From NCBI GenBank assembly GCA_964618805.1, contig CAZUBM010000001.1, forward strand, positions 1 to 64,000: 64,000 nt of DNA, read 5' to 3'. A program made the position numbers and the translations under genes. Source of the DNA: an uncultured Nitrososphaerota archaeon (GTDB taxonomy: Archaea > Korarchaeota > Korarchaeia > Korarchaeales > Korarchaeaceae). Under the pieces are notes generated by a model. That model saw nothing but the letters and a program-made list of their open reading frames with translations, searched no databases and was not told where the DNA came from. Positions 27,798 through 37,763 of this stretch are shown piece after piece. Position 1 is the first letter of the stretch. Every line of letters starts with the position of its first letter.

Positions 27798-28841
27798 ATG
27801 ATTAGATTGAGCGATGTTAAAACGTTAAAGAAAACTCCCCTATATGACTCTGTTGGCGAGGATGTAATCTGTAGAGTATGTGAAAGGAAGTGCCTGATTT
27901 CACCTGACGAAAAGGGCTTTTGTGGCACCAAAATTAACTTAGACGGGAAACTCTATACCATCGTCTATGGGGACTTAAGTGCCATGGAGAGCAGACCAAT
28001 AGAGATCAAACCTTTCTTTCATTATTGGCCGGGCTCATCCGCGATGACTATATCGACTTGGAGCTGCAACTTTCGCTGTCCTTGGTGTCAGAATTGGCAT
28101 CTTTCTACAAGACTGCCAGATCCTTCTACAGCAACATTCACGCCTCCTGAGCTTGTAATTGAGAGAGCAAAGAGAGCCGGAGATCAGGGGATTTGTGTGA
28201 GTTTTAATGAACCAACATTATTGTTTGAGTACAGCTTGGACTTATTCAACCTTGCTAAGAAAGATGGAATGTACTGCTGTTTTGTCTCCAACGGCTATAT
28301 GACTGAAGAAGCTCTCAAAATGTTGCATTCTGCAGGCCTGGATGGTTTAAAGATAGATGTGAAAGGAGGCGAGAAAGCTTATAGTAGATTTATTGGAGGC
28401 GCTAATTGGAAAATACCTTGGGGGAATGCAAAGCTTGCTCTATCGCTTGGAATTCATGTTGAAATCGTCTATCTAATAGTTCCAGGTGTAAATGATTCCC
28501 AAGAAGATCTGGCCTTGGCTGTGGAGACACACTTAAGGGAACTCGGTTCAGAAGTTCCACTACACTTTACTCGCTATTTTCCAGCTCACCTTTATACAAG
28601 GCCTCCCACTCCAATAGAAAAATTGGAGTATGCCAGAAATTTGGCGTTAGAAGCTGGAATCAATTTTGTTTACATAGGAAATGTGTTAGGGCATGAAGGA
28701 GAAAACACATATTGTCCAGATTGTGGTAAACTCCTGATAAGAAGATTTGGACCTAAAATCGTGAAATCTAATTTGACAAACGACAAGACATGTCCAGAAT
28801 GCGGAAGATACATCCCTATTAGCGGAAAGCTGATAGTGTAA
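27798..28841 (+). CDS. AmmeMemoRadiSam-system radical SAM enzyme
   Basis: CRVCERKC, PIEIKPFFH, CNFRCPWCQNW, FNEPT, HFTRYFP, YIGNV, CPDCG/CPECG. Confidence 0.9.
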   Translation: MIRLSDVKTLKKTPLYDSVGEDVICRVCERKCLISPDEKGFCGTKINLDGKLYTIVYGDLSAMESRPIEIKPFFHYWPGSSAMTISTWSCNFRCPWCQNWHLSTRLPDPSTATFTPPELVIERAKRAGDQGICVSFNEPTLLFEYSLDLFNLAKKDGMYCCFVSNGYMTEEALKMLHSAGLDGLKIDVKGGEKAYSRFIGGANWKIPWGNAKLALSLGIHVEIVYLIVPGVNDSQEDLALAVETHLRELGSEVPLHFTRYFPAHLYTRPPTPIEKLEYARNLALEAGINFVYIGNVLGHEGENTYCPDCGKLLIRRFGPKIVKSNLTNDKTCPECGRYIPISGKLIV

Positions 28842-28918
28842 GGATGCTCCAGAAACTTTACATGAGATTCTCTCTGAAGAATTGTTAAATAGACCTAAGA
28901 TAAACGAATAATTGAGTA

Positions 28919-30265
28919 ATGAGAAAGAAATTCACTAAGAGAGTAAAAGCAAGGCTTCCTTGGTTGGAGCATCTATCAGAATCCAGAGCGATAGAGGAGA
29001 TACTCCCAATATCTCATCAGAACCTTATATTGAAGGCTGGAAAGAACCTCTGCCTTCTGTGTAGGGGCTCAAAACTACTTTGCAGGAAACCGGCGTGTCC
29101 GATTCTGATGAAAGTCAAGGTATTTTCGAAGAAACTTAACTTACTGGAATCTGAACGAATTGAGGGGAGTTCTCCTCCAGCAGTTTTCGTAGGAAGGATA
29201 GGATATCCCTATGTGAGAGCAGGTCCACTAATTCCCCAGGAACTTGGTGATACATCTCTTTATGACAGACCAGAGGCTTGGTTTGGGATGAGCGTTGAGT
29301 CTATCCTAGAGTTCAGGCTTGGATTGGTGAGAGGGACATTCCCAGTTGATGTCAGGAGGCCCGCAAAAGCTGGTCGTTTAATGGAAAGTACTCTTGAAAT
29401 GACCCTGTCCGAAATATCAGTTGACTCTGAGACCAAGTTCAAGAAAAAACCTACGAAAACATTCCTGCTCGACGATGAAATACAGCCAATGGGTCCATTG
29501 GCTCCTCTTGAGGATGTGAGGATTTACTCAATGAGAACCGATCAAAGAATGGAGAAAGTCTTTGAGGATACGGGCCTGAAGGCACAGGCAGCCGTAATCG
29601 AATTGTACAGAAATGGAATAGAAGTAAGCAGAATACAAAGAGCATTTAGCGTAGGAGCTTTTGGACTTAAAACACAGAGAAGACTTGTTCCTACTAGATG
29701 GAGTATCACGGCAGTAGATGATATGCTTGGAGTATGGCTGAGGGAAAGCTTTGTGAAGGACAAGCCCTTTCTAGATGAGTACAGGGTCTATCTGCTGGAA
29801 GCATATGGTAACAAATGGGCCATCATCATGATTCCAGGACCCTGGAGATATGAATCCATTGAGGCTTGGTATCCTGGCACGACCTGGAATCCTGAGGGAA
29901 TGAGCATAGCTTTCGTAGAGGACTATGAGGAACACTGGGGCAGGAAGGGATATGCATCAATGGGAGGATGTTATTACGCAGCTAGATTGGCTGTTTTAGA
30001 AAAGCTAAATGATGAGGGCAGACAGGCAACTGTTCTAGTGCTTAGAGAAATACATAATGACAGTCTCCTTCCTTTGGGAGTGTGGCTTGTGAGAGAAAGT
30101 GTCAGAGCTGCATTGAAAAGAAAACCTATGAAATCCCAAGATCTCAAAGAGATTTTGCAGAGAGTAAGTTCATTTTTAAACATCCCTATGAAACACTGGA
30201 AGGAAATAAGCATCACTCTAAGAGATATATCTAGAAGACAAAGCCTCGATGCTTACCTAAGCTAA
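28919..30265 (+). CDS. nreA: Nre family archaeal DNA repair protein
   Basis: CLLCRG..LC...CP, GSSPPAVFVGR, LVPTRWSITAVD, GGCYYAARL, GVWLVRE; C-terminal PIP box QSLDAYL. Confidence 0.92.
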   Translation: MRKKFTKRVKARLPWLEHLSESRAIEEILPISHQNLILKAGKNLCLLCRGSKLLCRKPACPILMKVKVFSKKLNLLESERIEGSSPPAVFVGRIGYPYVRAGPLIPQELGDTSLYDRPEAWFGMSVESILEFRLGLVRGTFPVDVRRPAKAGRLMESTLEMTLSEISVDSETKFKKKPTKTFLLDDEIQPMGPLAPLEDVRIYSMRTDQRMEKVFEDTGLKAQAAVIELYRNGIEVSRIQRAFSVGAFGLKTQRRLVPTRWSITAVDDMLGVWLRESFVKDKPFLDEYRVYLLEAYGNKWAIIMIPGPWRYESIEAWYPGTTWNPEGMSIAFVEDYEEHWGRKGYASMGGCYYAARLAVLEKLNDEGRQATVLVLREIHNDSLLPLGVWLVRESVRAALKRKPMKSQDLKEILQRVSSFLNIPMKHWKEISITLRDISRRQSLDAYLS

Positions 30266-30271
30266 TTGATA

Positions 30272-31096
30272 TTAATACATCCATTCAAGTTCATAACCAT
30301 ACTTCGCTGCTACTTCCTCGAATCTACCCTTTATATCGAAAAAGTAAGAGAGATCAAACCTTATCTTGTTATATACCTGAAGGTAGTCTGGAAGAGCTTT
30401 TTCTACCGCTTGCTTTATGAATTGCCATAATCGTGGCCTGATTCTGAGCAAATCAACCATAATTCTATCCGGATTTGCTTCCTTTATCTTCTTAAATAAA
30501 GGATCTAGGCATCTATCGGTTATTCCAGGGAGTATTGGAGAGATAAAGGCATAGGTCCTTATACCTTCCTCAGATAGCCTCCTTAACGCCGCCAGCCTTG
30601 ATTTAACGCTAGGAGCACGCGGTTCAAAATGAGATAACCAGAATGAATCTAATCCGCTAATTGAGAAGCCGACTTCTACATCTTCAAGCTTCGATATAAT
30701 GTCTAAATCCCGTATTACTAATGGAGATTTCGTTAGAATTGATATAGGAAATCTATACTCCCTAAGAACCTCGAGAATTCTTCTAGTTAGTTTATAAGTG
30801 CTTTCCTGTGGTAGGTAAGGATCAGTTACACTGCTCAAGAGTATTAATCCATTTCTTTTTTTCTTGAGTTCTTTTCTAAGGAGCTGCGTTGCATTAACCT
30901 TTGGAAAAACGAAATTGCCCCATTCATGATCTTCAGCCAGTTTTTCCCAAAACTTGGCCGTATAAAGGCGTGCGTAACAGTAAACACATCCATGAGAACA
31001 ACCTAAATATGGATTTATGGCATAATCGACTCCTATGATGCCACTCCTTGATAAAATCGATTTAGCAAAGATCTCCCTAACAAAAACCTTCTCCAA
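30272..31096 (-). CDS. Spore photoproduct lyase-like (SplB/Rv2578c family) radical SAM protein
   Basis: INPYLGCSHGCVYCYA, SSVTDPYLPQE, LTKS, FEPRAP. Confidence 0.88.
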   Translation of the reverse strand: MEKVFVREIFAKSILSRSGIIGVDYAINPYLGCSHGCVYCYARLYTAKFWEKLAEDHEWGNFVFPKVNATQLLRKELKKKRNGLILLSSVTDPYLPQESTYKLTRRILEVLREYRFPISILTKSPLVIRDLDIISKLEDVEVGFSISGLDSFWLSHFEPRAPSVKSRLAALRRLSEEGIRTYAFISPILPGITDRCLDPLFKKIKEANPDRIMVDLLRIRPRLWQFIKQAVEKALPDYLQVYNKIRFDLSYFFDIKGRFEEVAAKYGYELEWMY

Positions 31097-31268
31097 AAGC
31101 TCTTCACCGCTCTCATCCTAGGATATTTACTACCTAAGATTTCAGGAATTTCAACGCTATCACAATTTATCTATCATGTCCTGATAAATTCTTCAACATT
31201 GAGAGTTCTTTTTCAATACGCTAGCCGTTATCGGCACTAGCTGAGATGGGTGATATTATTTGAATCTC

Positions 31269-32690
31269 TTAGAATATAGAAAGAATAAGGGAGAAAGCTC
31301 CCAATCCTAAAAATACTGTAATTAAAGCAGTTATCAGAGCTATAAATACCTCTGGATCAGCTTTCTTTTCCTTAAGTTCTTTGATAGGTTCCCTGAAGTA
31401 AAGATATCTGATCACCTGAGCGTAGTATCCTACTGAGATCCCGCTGTTAAGGACACCAGCCAGCACGAGCCATGGTGCTACTTCAGTTGCAGAGAAGAAG
31501 AGATACATGAACTTACTCCAAAATCCTATCAATGGGGGAAAGCCCATTAGGCTCAGGATTAGAACAGATAATGAAGCTGATACTACCGGCATCTTTCTTC
31601 CAAGACCGCTTATTTCTTCTAAGGTAGGGGCTACACCTTTCCTTATAATATAAGCCAGAGCCACAAATATCCCTATCTTAGCCAGAACATATGTTGTTAG
31701 ATGAAGTGCTATTCCTTGGAAAGCTAGATCGGCTTCAGGGCCAACTATAGCTGAAAAACCTATCAATAAGTAACCAGCATGGGCGATGCTGCTATATGCC
31801 ATCATTCTCTGTACATTTCTCTGGAGCAGTGCCACGAAATTTCCAAATGTCATGGTCGCCAGGGAGAATAATGCCATCGTTGGAAGCCATTTATCAGCTA
31901 ATACCAAGTGCAAGGGAACTACAACCCTCAATAGTCCAGCTATACCAGCCATTTTAACTACTCCAGCGATGTAAGAGACCAGTATGGGATGAACTTCTCC
32001 ATACACATCTGGTAGCCATCCATGGAATGGAAATACCCCTAGTTTGAACCCAAAAGAGGCTATGAGGAGTATAAACCCAACGAAGAGTATTCTTATCTCT
32101 GCGACCCCAGGATCTAGGTTAAACATAAGCCGACTAGTACCCGCTAATCCCAAGACGAGCGCTAGTCCATACACCAACAGTGAGGATGATGCAGCACCCA
32201 TAATTCCGTATTTAGCTGCTCCTTCTACAGAACTCAAATCTTTCTTAATCCCAGCTAGCACATATGAAGCTACTGCAACTAAGGCCCATGCTCCTAGGAG
32301 GACGGAGGCATCGTTTACAAAAAGCATTATGTAAACTCCGGCAAGGGCCAGCATCATTAGTGAATATGAGCTTAGAGCTGTCGTCCAGTTAATTATCTGT
32401 GCTGAGGATGCTATGGCTACTAAGAGAGCCCCTAGGGTAACGAGCAAGGCTAAGTAAGCAGAATAGGAGTCTAATCGCAGGGAATCGTTGAAAGCAAAGA
32501 TAGGCTCTTGGAAACGAGAAAGTTCTGATGTAAGGAGAGCTGATACGATTAGAGTTATGAGAAGACAGCAAACGCACACATAGAACCCAAATCTCCTAAA
32601 TCTTCTTTTCTGATCAAAAAGAGGAAGGATAAGCCCTGGAACCACTAGCAGAATCAAAATTCCTTTAAGAAGTAGGATTGGATCATTCAT
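31269..32690 (-). CDS. nuoN: Complex I-like subunit N
   Basis: EGAAKY, FKLGVFPFHGWLPDVY, RMMAYSSIAHAGY, GFPPLIGFWSK. Confidence 0.92.
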   Translation of the reverse strand: MNDPILLLKGILILLVVPGLILPLFDQKRRFRRFGFYVCVCCLLITLIVSALLTSELSRFQEPIFAFNDSLRLDSYSAYLALLVTLGALLVAIASSAQIINWTTALSSYSLMMLALAGVYIMLFVNDASVLLGAWALVAVASYVLAGIKKDLSSVEGAAKYGIMGAASSSLLVYGLALVLGLAGTSRLMFNLDPGVAEIRILFVGFILLIASFGFKLGVFPFHGWLPDVYGEVHPILVSYIAGVVKMAGIAGLLRVVVPLHLVLADKWLPTMALFSLATMTFGNFVALLQRNVQRMMAYSSIAHAGYLLIGFSAIVGPEADLAFQGIALHLTTYVLAKIGIFVALAYIIRKGVAPTLEEISGLGRKMPVVSASLSVLILSLMGFPPLIGFWSKFMYLFFSATEVAPWLVLAGVLNSGISVGYYAQVIRYLYFREPIKELKEKKADPEVFIALITALITVFLGLGAFSLILSIF

Positions 32691-32694
32691 GGTC

Positions 32695-34905
32695 TTACAC
32701 CAACCATATAAGCAAGTATGCTAGAATTCCCAACCCTGCAAAGAATATGATGAGGTAATGGTTTACGATCCCCGTTTGAAGCCTCCTTAATTCTCCTCCT
32801 ATTTCCTTCAAAAGCCCTACGAATCCTTTGTGATATCCATCATCGATGACGTCGGTCTCTATATATCTGAACCCTAATGCGCTGGATATATCTGTAATTC
32901 TTGGAATGAACCTATGATAGAAACCATCTATGAGCAAAGTATCAAACCATTTAGATCCAAACGCGCTGGATATATCTGTAATTCTTGGAATGAACCTATG
33001 ATAGAAACCATCTATGAGCAAAGTATCAAACCATTTAGATCCAAACCTGGATAACCAGGCAAAGCCGTTAACAATCACTTTGTAATAGATTGAATTAATG
33101 TACCACCTGTCATAAAGCAAGGACTGGAGAGCTGGCAGGCTTCTAGATCTAGAAATCACTAAGAGCAAATTACTTCCTGTTTTTGTAAGATATGAGAAGA
33201 TTCCCGTTCCTATGCCCAAAAACACCATTGTTAGAGAAATTAATAGCAAAGTTGGATCAATGTGCACTTCAAAGTGGGTTGGGACCTCCTCCAGTGCGAG
33301 AATATTTCCTGTCAAAGCTTCATAGAATTTTGGTCCAATAATCGGCCACAATATGCCTAGAAGAAGTGAAACTAAGGCTAGAAGAAGGTACGGACAAGAC
33401 ATAATCGGATGAGCTTTGTGAAGTTTGTGTTCTTCTTCTAAATGCTCCACATTATGGGATTTCGTGCCCAAGAACGCTTTGATTATAAGCCTAATTGAAT
33501 AAAAGGCTGTCAATGCAGCGGTGATAACTCCTGAAGCAAATGCAATTGAAAGTCCTGACTCCCTAGTAATTTCCATTACAAAATCCTTACTCCAAAAACC
33601 TATGAGGGGAGGCAACCCTGATAGACTCAGAGCAGCAATTAACATTGAGTAAAAGGTGATTTTCATGTGATCTGAGAGTCCTCCCATATCATCTATGTAC
33701 TTAGAATGAACTGCATGAATTACAGCTCCAGCACCAAGGAAGAGGGCAGCCTTAAAGATAGCATGGCTCATGAAGTGACTAAAGCCAGCCAACATACCAC
33801 TTGCAAACTCTTTAACAAGGCCGGAACACCCAAGAACCATTACCATATAGCCTAACTGTGATGCCGTTGAAAAAGCAAGTATCAACTTCATTTCTCTGGC
33901 TACAAGCGCCTGAGTAGCCATGAAAAATGCCGTAAAACCACCCACCATCGCAATTATTGTGAAGTATGTTCCTATGGCTGCTGAGGCCTTCGGCATTGAG
34001 CCTAATAATTCGTGAGAGGCTAATACGAATATGGGAGAAAATCTGAGAAGGAAGTATACTCCTGCCTTCACCATAGTTGCAGCATGTATGAGGGCACTAA
34101 CCGGAGTTGGACCCGTCATTGCAGTAACAAGCCATTCGTGAAACGGGAACTGAGCACTCTTAGCCAACGCTCCTAGAGAGAAAGCTAGAAGAAATGGCAA
34201 GAGCAAATCCTTTGAAGCCAATAAGCCGGCCCACTCCGAAGAACGTTCTGCAATTTCTGGGATACTGAATGTCCCAGTAAGGGCATAGAGAACACCTATG
34301 CCCACCAGAAAACCAACATCTCCTAATCTAGTAAATACTAGGGCTCTTAAACCGCTGTGGCTTGGAGTGAAGTACATGGGGATCCCAAGAGCAGTTCTTC
34401 CAGGATCTCCCACCCATCTTTCCTCTTCATCGGTGTACCAATGACCAATTAAAGCATAGGAAGCAAGCCCAGTTCCCTCCCATCCAAGGAACATTAACAG
34501 AAGGTTATCTGCTAATATTAGGAGTAGCATACTTCCTACAAAGAAATCAAAGAAGAACCAATACCTAGTAAGTCCCGGATCTTCCTCCATGTACTTGAGA
34601 CTATAAACTCCTATGAGGAAGCTAAGCCAAGCTACCACAAGAGCCATGAACGCGGAGAGCGTATCGACGTAGACTCCAATATCAATGCCGAGCTCTGAAA
34701 TCCAAGGAACAGAGAAAGCTATAACCTTCTCAGTGGATGTTAGGACTTCTCGAAGTAATAAGGTCATACAAATCGCAGATACTCCAAGTAAGGAGGCAGC
34801 CAAGTATTCTCTAATCTTGCCTAATCTTGAAAGAATTAATGACAGCAAAGCCCCGAAATATGGGAGAATCCAAGTCACGACTGCCAAGGCCTGTGCTAAC
34901 TCCAT
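32695..34905 (-). CDS. nuoL: Complex I-like subunit L with elongated lateral helix
   Basis: GWEGTGLASY, KSAQFPFHEWLVTAMTGPTPVSALIHAATMV, HAIFKAALF, QTG before last TM; 736 aa. Confidence 0.95.
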   Translation of the reverse strand: MELAQALAVVTWILPYFGALLSLILSRLGKIREYLAASLLGVSAICMTLLLREVLTSTEKVIAFSVPWISELGIDIGVYVDTLSAFMALVVAWLSFLIGVYSLKYMEEDPGLTRYWFFFDFFVGSMLLLILADNLLLMFLGWEGTGLASYALIGHWYTDEEERWVGDPGRTALGIPMYFTPSHSGLRALVFTRLGDVGFLVGIGVLYALTGTFSIPEIAERSSEWAGLLASKDLLLPFLLAFSLGALAKSAQFPFHEWLVTAMTGPTPVSALIHAATMVKAGVYFLLRFSPIFVLASHELLGSMPKASAAIGTYFTIIAMVGGFTAFFMATQALVAREMKLILAFSTASQLGYMVMVLGCSGLVKEFASGMLAGFSHFMSHAIFKAALFLGAGAVIHAVHSKYIDDMGGLSDHMKITFYSMLIAALSLSGLPPLIGFWSKDFVMEITRESGLSIAFASGVITAALTAFYSIRLIIKAFLGTKSHNVEHLEEEHKLHKAHPIMSCPYLLLALVSLLLGILWPIIGPKFYEALTGNILALEEVPTHFEVHIDPTLLLISLTMVFLGIGTGIFSYLTKTGSNLLLVISRSRSLPALQSLLYDRWYINSIYYKVIVNGFAWLSRFGSKWFDTLLIDGFYHRFIPRITDISSAFGSKWFDTLLIDGFYHRFIPRITDISSALGFRYIETDVIDDGYHKGFVGLLKEIGGELRRLQTGIVNHYLIIFFAGLGILAYLLIWLV
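32879..33046. repeat. Exact in-frame 84-bp tandem duplication in nuoL
   Basis: 32879-32962 identical to 32963-33046; encodes FGSKWFDTLLIDGFYHRFIPRITDISSA twice. Confidence 0.97.
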
Positions 34906-34920
34906 GAGGATGTCATCACC

Positions 34921-36468
34921 TCATCCCAAGAGGGAATTCAGGACCGATACTAAGGGATTTATCAATATGCTTGGCCAGATGAACAAGAGTACGCCCGCTG
35001 CTGCTACTATAATCATAGGAGCTAAAAGACCAAATCCTGCTTCCTTGGCTTTCGTAGTAGCTTCAGAGAGCTGTCCGAAGAAGATCCTTTTCATAGTCAG
35101 AAATGCATATGCTGTTGACAGTCCAATTCCAACAAGAAGCGCTGCCAGCAATCCTACAAAGGCAACAACACTTTTGCCTAGAATGCTACCAGCTGCTCCA
35201 CTTATAATGAGAATTTCGCTCCACAAGCCTAGCGATGGAGGAATTCCAGTGATATGCATAAAGCCTATGAGAGCTAGAGAGGCTGTAAGAGGCATCTTTG
35301 TGGCTATTCCTCCCATTTTGCTTATGCTTCTTAATCCATGCAATTGAACGATTAAGACGCCTGCAGTAGCGAATAGAAGGGCCTTCCCAACGGCATGAGC
35401 AGCATAGTGTATCATGGCTCCAGCTATTCCCGCAGTTGTGAGCGTTGAAATTCCTAATAGAAGATATCCCATCTGGGATATGCTAGAGTAAGCGAGAAGT
35501 CTCTTGAAATCATCCTGAGCTAACGCCATAAGCCCGCCATATATTATTGTTACAAGCGCTAGCGGAAGCATATAGATTGATAAATTGGAGAACTCATTTG
35601 GAAATAGGATGTAAGCAATTCTGATAAGTGCATAGCCAGCTATTCCAATAAGGTTAGGAGAAAGCAAGGCCGAGACTGGAGTAGGCGCCTCTGCATGCGC
35701 ATAGGGAAGCCATATGTGAACTCCAAATACTGCCATCTTCACAAAGAACCCTAATATCATCGCTATGGTAACTGGAAGCCTTAGAGTAGGCGACACAGCA
35801 CTTCCTAGGTTCAAGTTTGGTTGCAAAGCGATTGGGTCATAAAAATCGAATGTGCCTGCGCTAAGACCTACAACCAAAGATCCTATCAAGAAGACGAGGG
35901 CTCCTACATGCGTCCATATCAGATACATCAGCGATATCCTTTCCCTATTTCCATATCCGTAAAATGCGATGAGTAGAAAGCTGGGCAGAAGAGAGAGTTC
36001 TAGAAACAGGTAAAACTCTACGAGATTTGTTGAGAGAACCGTTCCCATCATAGCAACCGAAAACATAACGTAAAGCATGTAATAAGTACCCCAGCTAGGA
36101 GCAGAAACCCCTTCTTTCTCCATCTCCTCGAATCTGTGTTCCATGTACGGTAGTGAGTAAGCCGCTATCAATGTAGTAACCAATCCTATCGATATCGTCA
36201 GTGGAGCACTTAGAGGATCCAATAAGGCGCTAAAGGATCCTAAAGAATCGCTTTGGAAGAATACTGGATCAACTATAGGTTCGCTTAGGCCTGTCTTGAA
36301 GATTAAGAATGAAATTAGGGCCAATGGATACAACAGCAGGATGAAGGCTATTGCGGCTATGGACTTCTTTCCTAAGCCCCTCCCTAAAAATGGAAGGAGC
36401 ACTGACAAAACTATAGGCACGATCACTCCTGATATCAAAATAGGACTACTCAATATCATACCATTCAC
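34921..36468 (-). CDS. nuoM: Complex I-like subunit M
   Basis: FYLFLELSLLP, VKMAVFGVHIWLPYAHAEAPTP, KRLLAYSSISQMG. Confidence 0.93.
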   Translation of the reverse strand: MNGMILSSPILISGVIVPIVLSVLLPFLGRGLGKKSIAAIAFILLLYPLALISFLIFKTGLSEPIVDPVFFQSDSLGSFSALLDPLSAPLTISIGLVTTLIAAYSLPYMEHRFEEMEKEGVSAPSWGTYYMLYVMFSVAMMGTVLSTNLVEFYLFLELSLLPSFLLIAFYGYGNRERISLMYLIWTHVGALVFLIGSLVVGLSAGTFDFYDPIALQPNLNLGSAVSPTLRLPVTIAMILGFFVKMAVFGVHIWLPYAHAEAPTPVSALLSPNLIGIAGYALIRIAYILFPNEFSNLSIYMLPLALVTIIYGGLMALAQDDFKRLLAYSSISQMGYLLLGISTLTTAGIAGAMIHYAAHAVGKALLFATAGVLIVQLHGLRSISKMGGIATKMPLTASLALIGFMHITGIPPSLGLWSEILIISGAAGSILGKSVVAFVGLLAALLVGIGLSTAYAFLTMKRIFFGQLSEATTKAKEAGFGLLAPMIIVAAAGVLLFIWPSILINPLVSVLNSLLG

Positions 36469-36776
36469 CCCCTTAACTCCCTCAATTTGTAGACATCCAA
36501 GCTCTCTCTAACTCTGAACATCAGTATAGCCACTGAAACTATCACTCCAACTTCTGCAGCGGCGAGAGATATTGCTAAGAGAGCTAAAGCTCCACCAGAT
36601 GGTCCAAAGGCCTTTGAAATGGAAGCTACACTTAATAGAGCTAGCAGAGCAGCGTTAAAGATCACTTCTGCGGATAAAAGCATCCTTATAAGACTTCTCC
36701 TAGTAAGTAGGCCATAGAGACCAATACAAAACATAACTATCGATGTTAGCAAGAACCAATACACCGTTATCGTCAT
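36465..36776 (-). CDS. nuoK: Complex I-like subunit K
   Basis: IGLYGLLTRRSLIRMLLSAEVIFNA, AAAEVGV. Confidence 0.92.
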   Translation of the reverse strand: MTITVYWFLLTSIVMFCIGLYGLLTRRSLIRMLLSAEVIFNAALLALLSVASISKAFGPSGGALALLAISLAAAEVGVIVSVAILMFRVRESLDVYKLRELRG

Positions 36777-37270
36777 GACTCAGACACCTCCTTTCTAGCA
36801 AGAGTAATGGCTTCTATCATAGTAGTAGCCAGTGCAAGGGCCGAAACTATGAGTGCAAAGCTATATTTGTTTAGCAAAACATCAGAAATATCCATCAAGC
36901 TGATTACGCCTCCAGCAGATTGGGACTTTAGCAAAGGCAAAAATCCCACTGAAAACAAAAATAAGACTTCGAGGGCCGCAATTAATGCGATGCCTCTTGC
37001 AACAGGCTCAACAAGAGGAGCCTCTCTGAGCATTACTACGGAGAACAAAATGAACGTAACTGCTGCTCCTACGTAAACTACTAAGTGGAAGAGTGAAACT
37101 ATTGGGTAACCAAGCAAGACGAAAAGAGCAGCATTTGATGTCCCTAGTAAGGCTAGGAAGAATGAAGCATAAACAATAGATTTATGCTCTACTACTAGGA
37201 GCGCAGAGATAAGCGCTCCTCCTGATGCCAGAAAGAAAACTATTAAGTATGGATCAATCTGCAGGTTCAT
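36773..37270 (-). CDS. nuoJ: Complex I-like subunit J
   Basis: Hydrophobic protein with VYVGA motif; position between nuoI and nuoK. Confidence 0.88.
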   Translation of the reverse strand: MNLQIDPYLIVFFLASGGALISALLVVEHKSIVYASFFLALLGTSNAALFVLLGYPIVSLFHLVVYVGAAVTFILFSVVMLREAPLVEPVARGIALIAALEVLFLFSVGFLPLLKSQSAGGVISLMDISDVLLNKYSFALIVSALALATTMIEAITLARKEVSES

Positions 37271-37763
37271 ATATTATCCCCCTCCTTAGATCCATCTTGG
37301 ACCTCACCAGTTTGGGAGGTCTCTCGTATTCAACCACAGGTGGACCTTTTTCGAAATCCTTTGGTTTAAATAATTGGGCTTCGAAGGAATCGAAGGCTAC
37401 ATCATGAATGCCAACATGTTCCAATGCTCCTGTTGGACAAATATCAACGCAAAAACCGCAAAAGATGCAACGCGTGTAGTTGATACCAGGACGTCTTTTT
37501 ACCTTAGCTTTGCCCTCTGAAGTTTGAGATTCTCCCTCTAAGTACATTTTCATTGCATTTGCTGGACATATTTGAGCGCATAGCCCGCAACTGATGCAGA
37601 TCTCCTTATGATATTTAATCATCCCTCTATATCCATCAGGAAGCTTCATAACCTCTTCTGGATACCTTACAGTCATTCTGGGAAGAAATAGATACTTGAT
37701 CCCCGTCCCTATAGCTCTAAGGTGATCAAATAACTTAATTGCTGATGAAGGTCTTTCGGTCAT
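37254..37763 (-). CDS. nuoI: Complex I-like subunit I (2x[4Fe-4S])
   Basis: TVRYPEE, CISCGLCAQICP, CIFCGFCVDICP; ATG 37763 overlaps nuoH stop (ATGA). Confidence 0.93.
   Translation of the reverse strand: MTERPSSAIKLFDHLRAIGTGIKYLFLPRMTVRYPEEVMKLPDGYRGMIKYHKEICISCGLCAQICPANAMKMYLEGESQTSEGKAKVKRRPGINYTRCIFCGFCVDICPTGALEHVGIHDVAFDSFEAQLFKPKDFEKGPPVVEYERPPKLVRSKMDLRRGIIYEPAD

Noticed and set aside
32879-33046. 84-bp direct repeat as CRISPR or mobile-element scar
   Set aside because: No spacer, in frame, and matches the 28-aa periodicity of the protein
34685-35347. 220-aa plus-strand ORF and the many other short antisense ORFs in the track
   Set aside because: They shadow well-supported genes on the opposite strand and show no motifs
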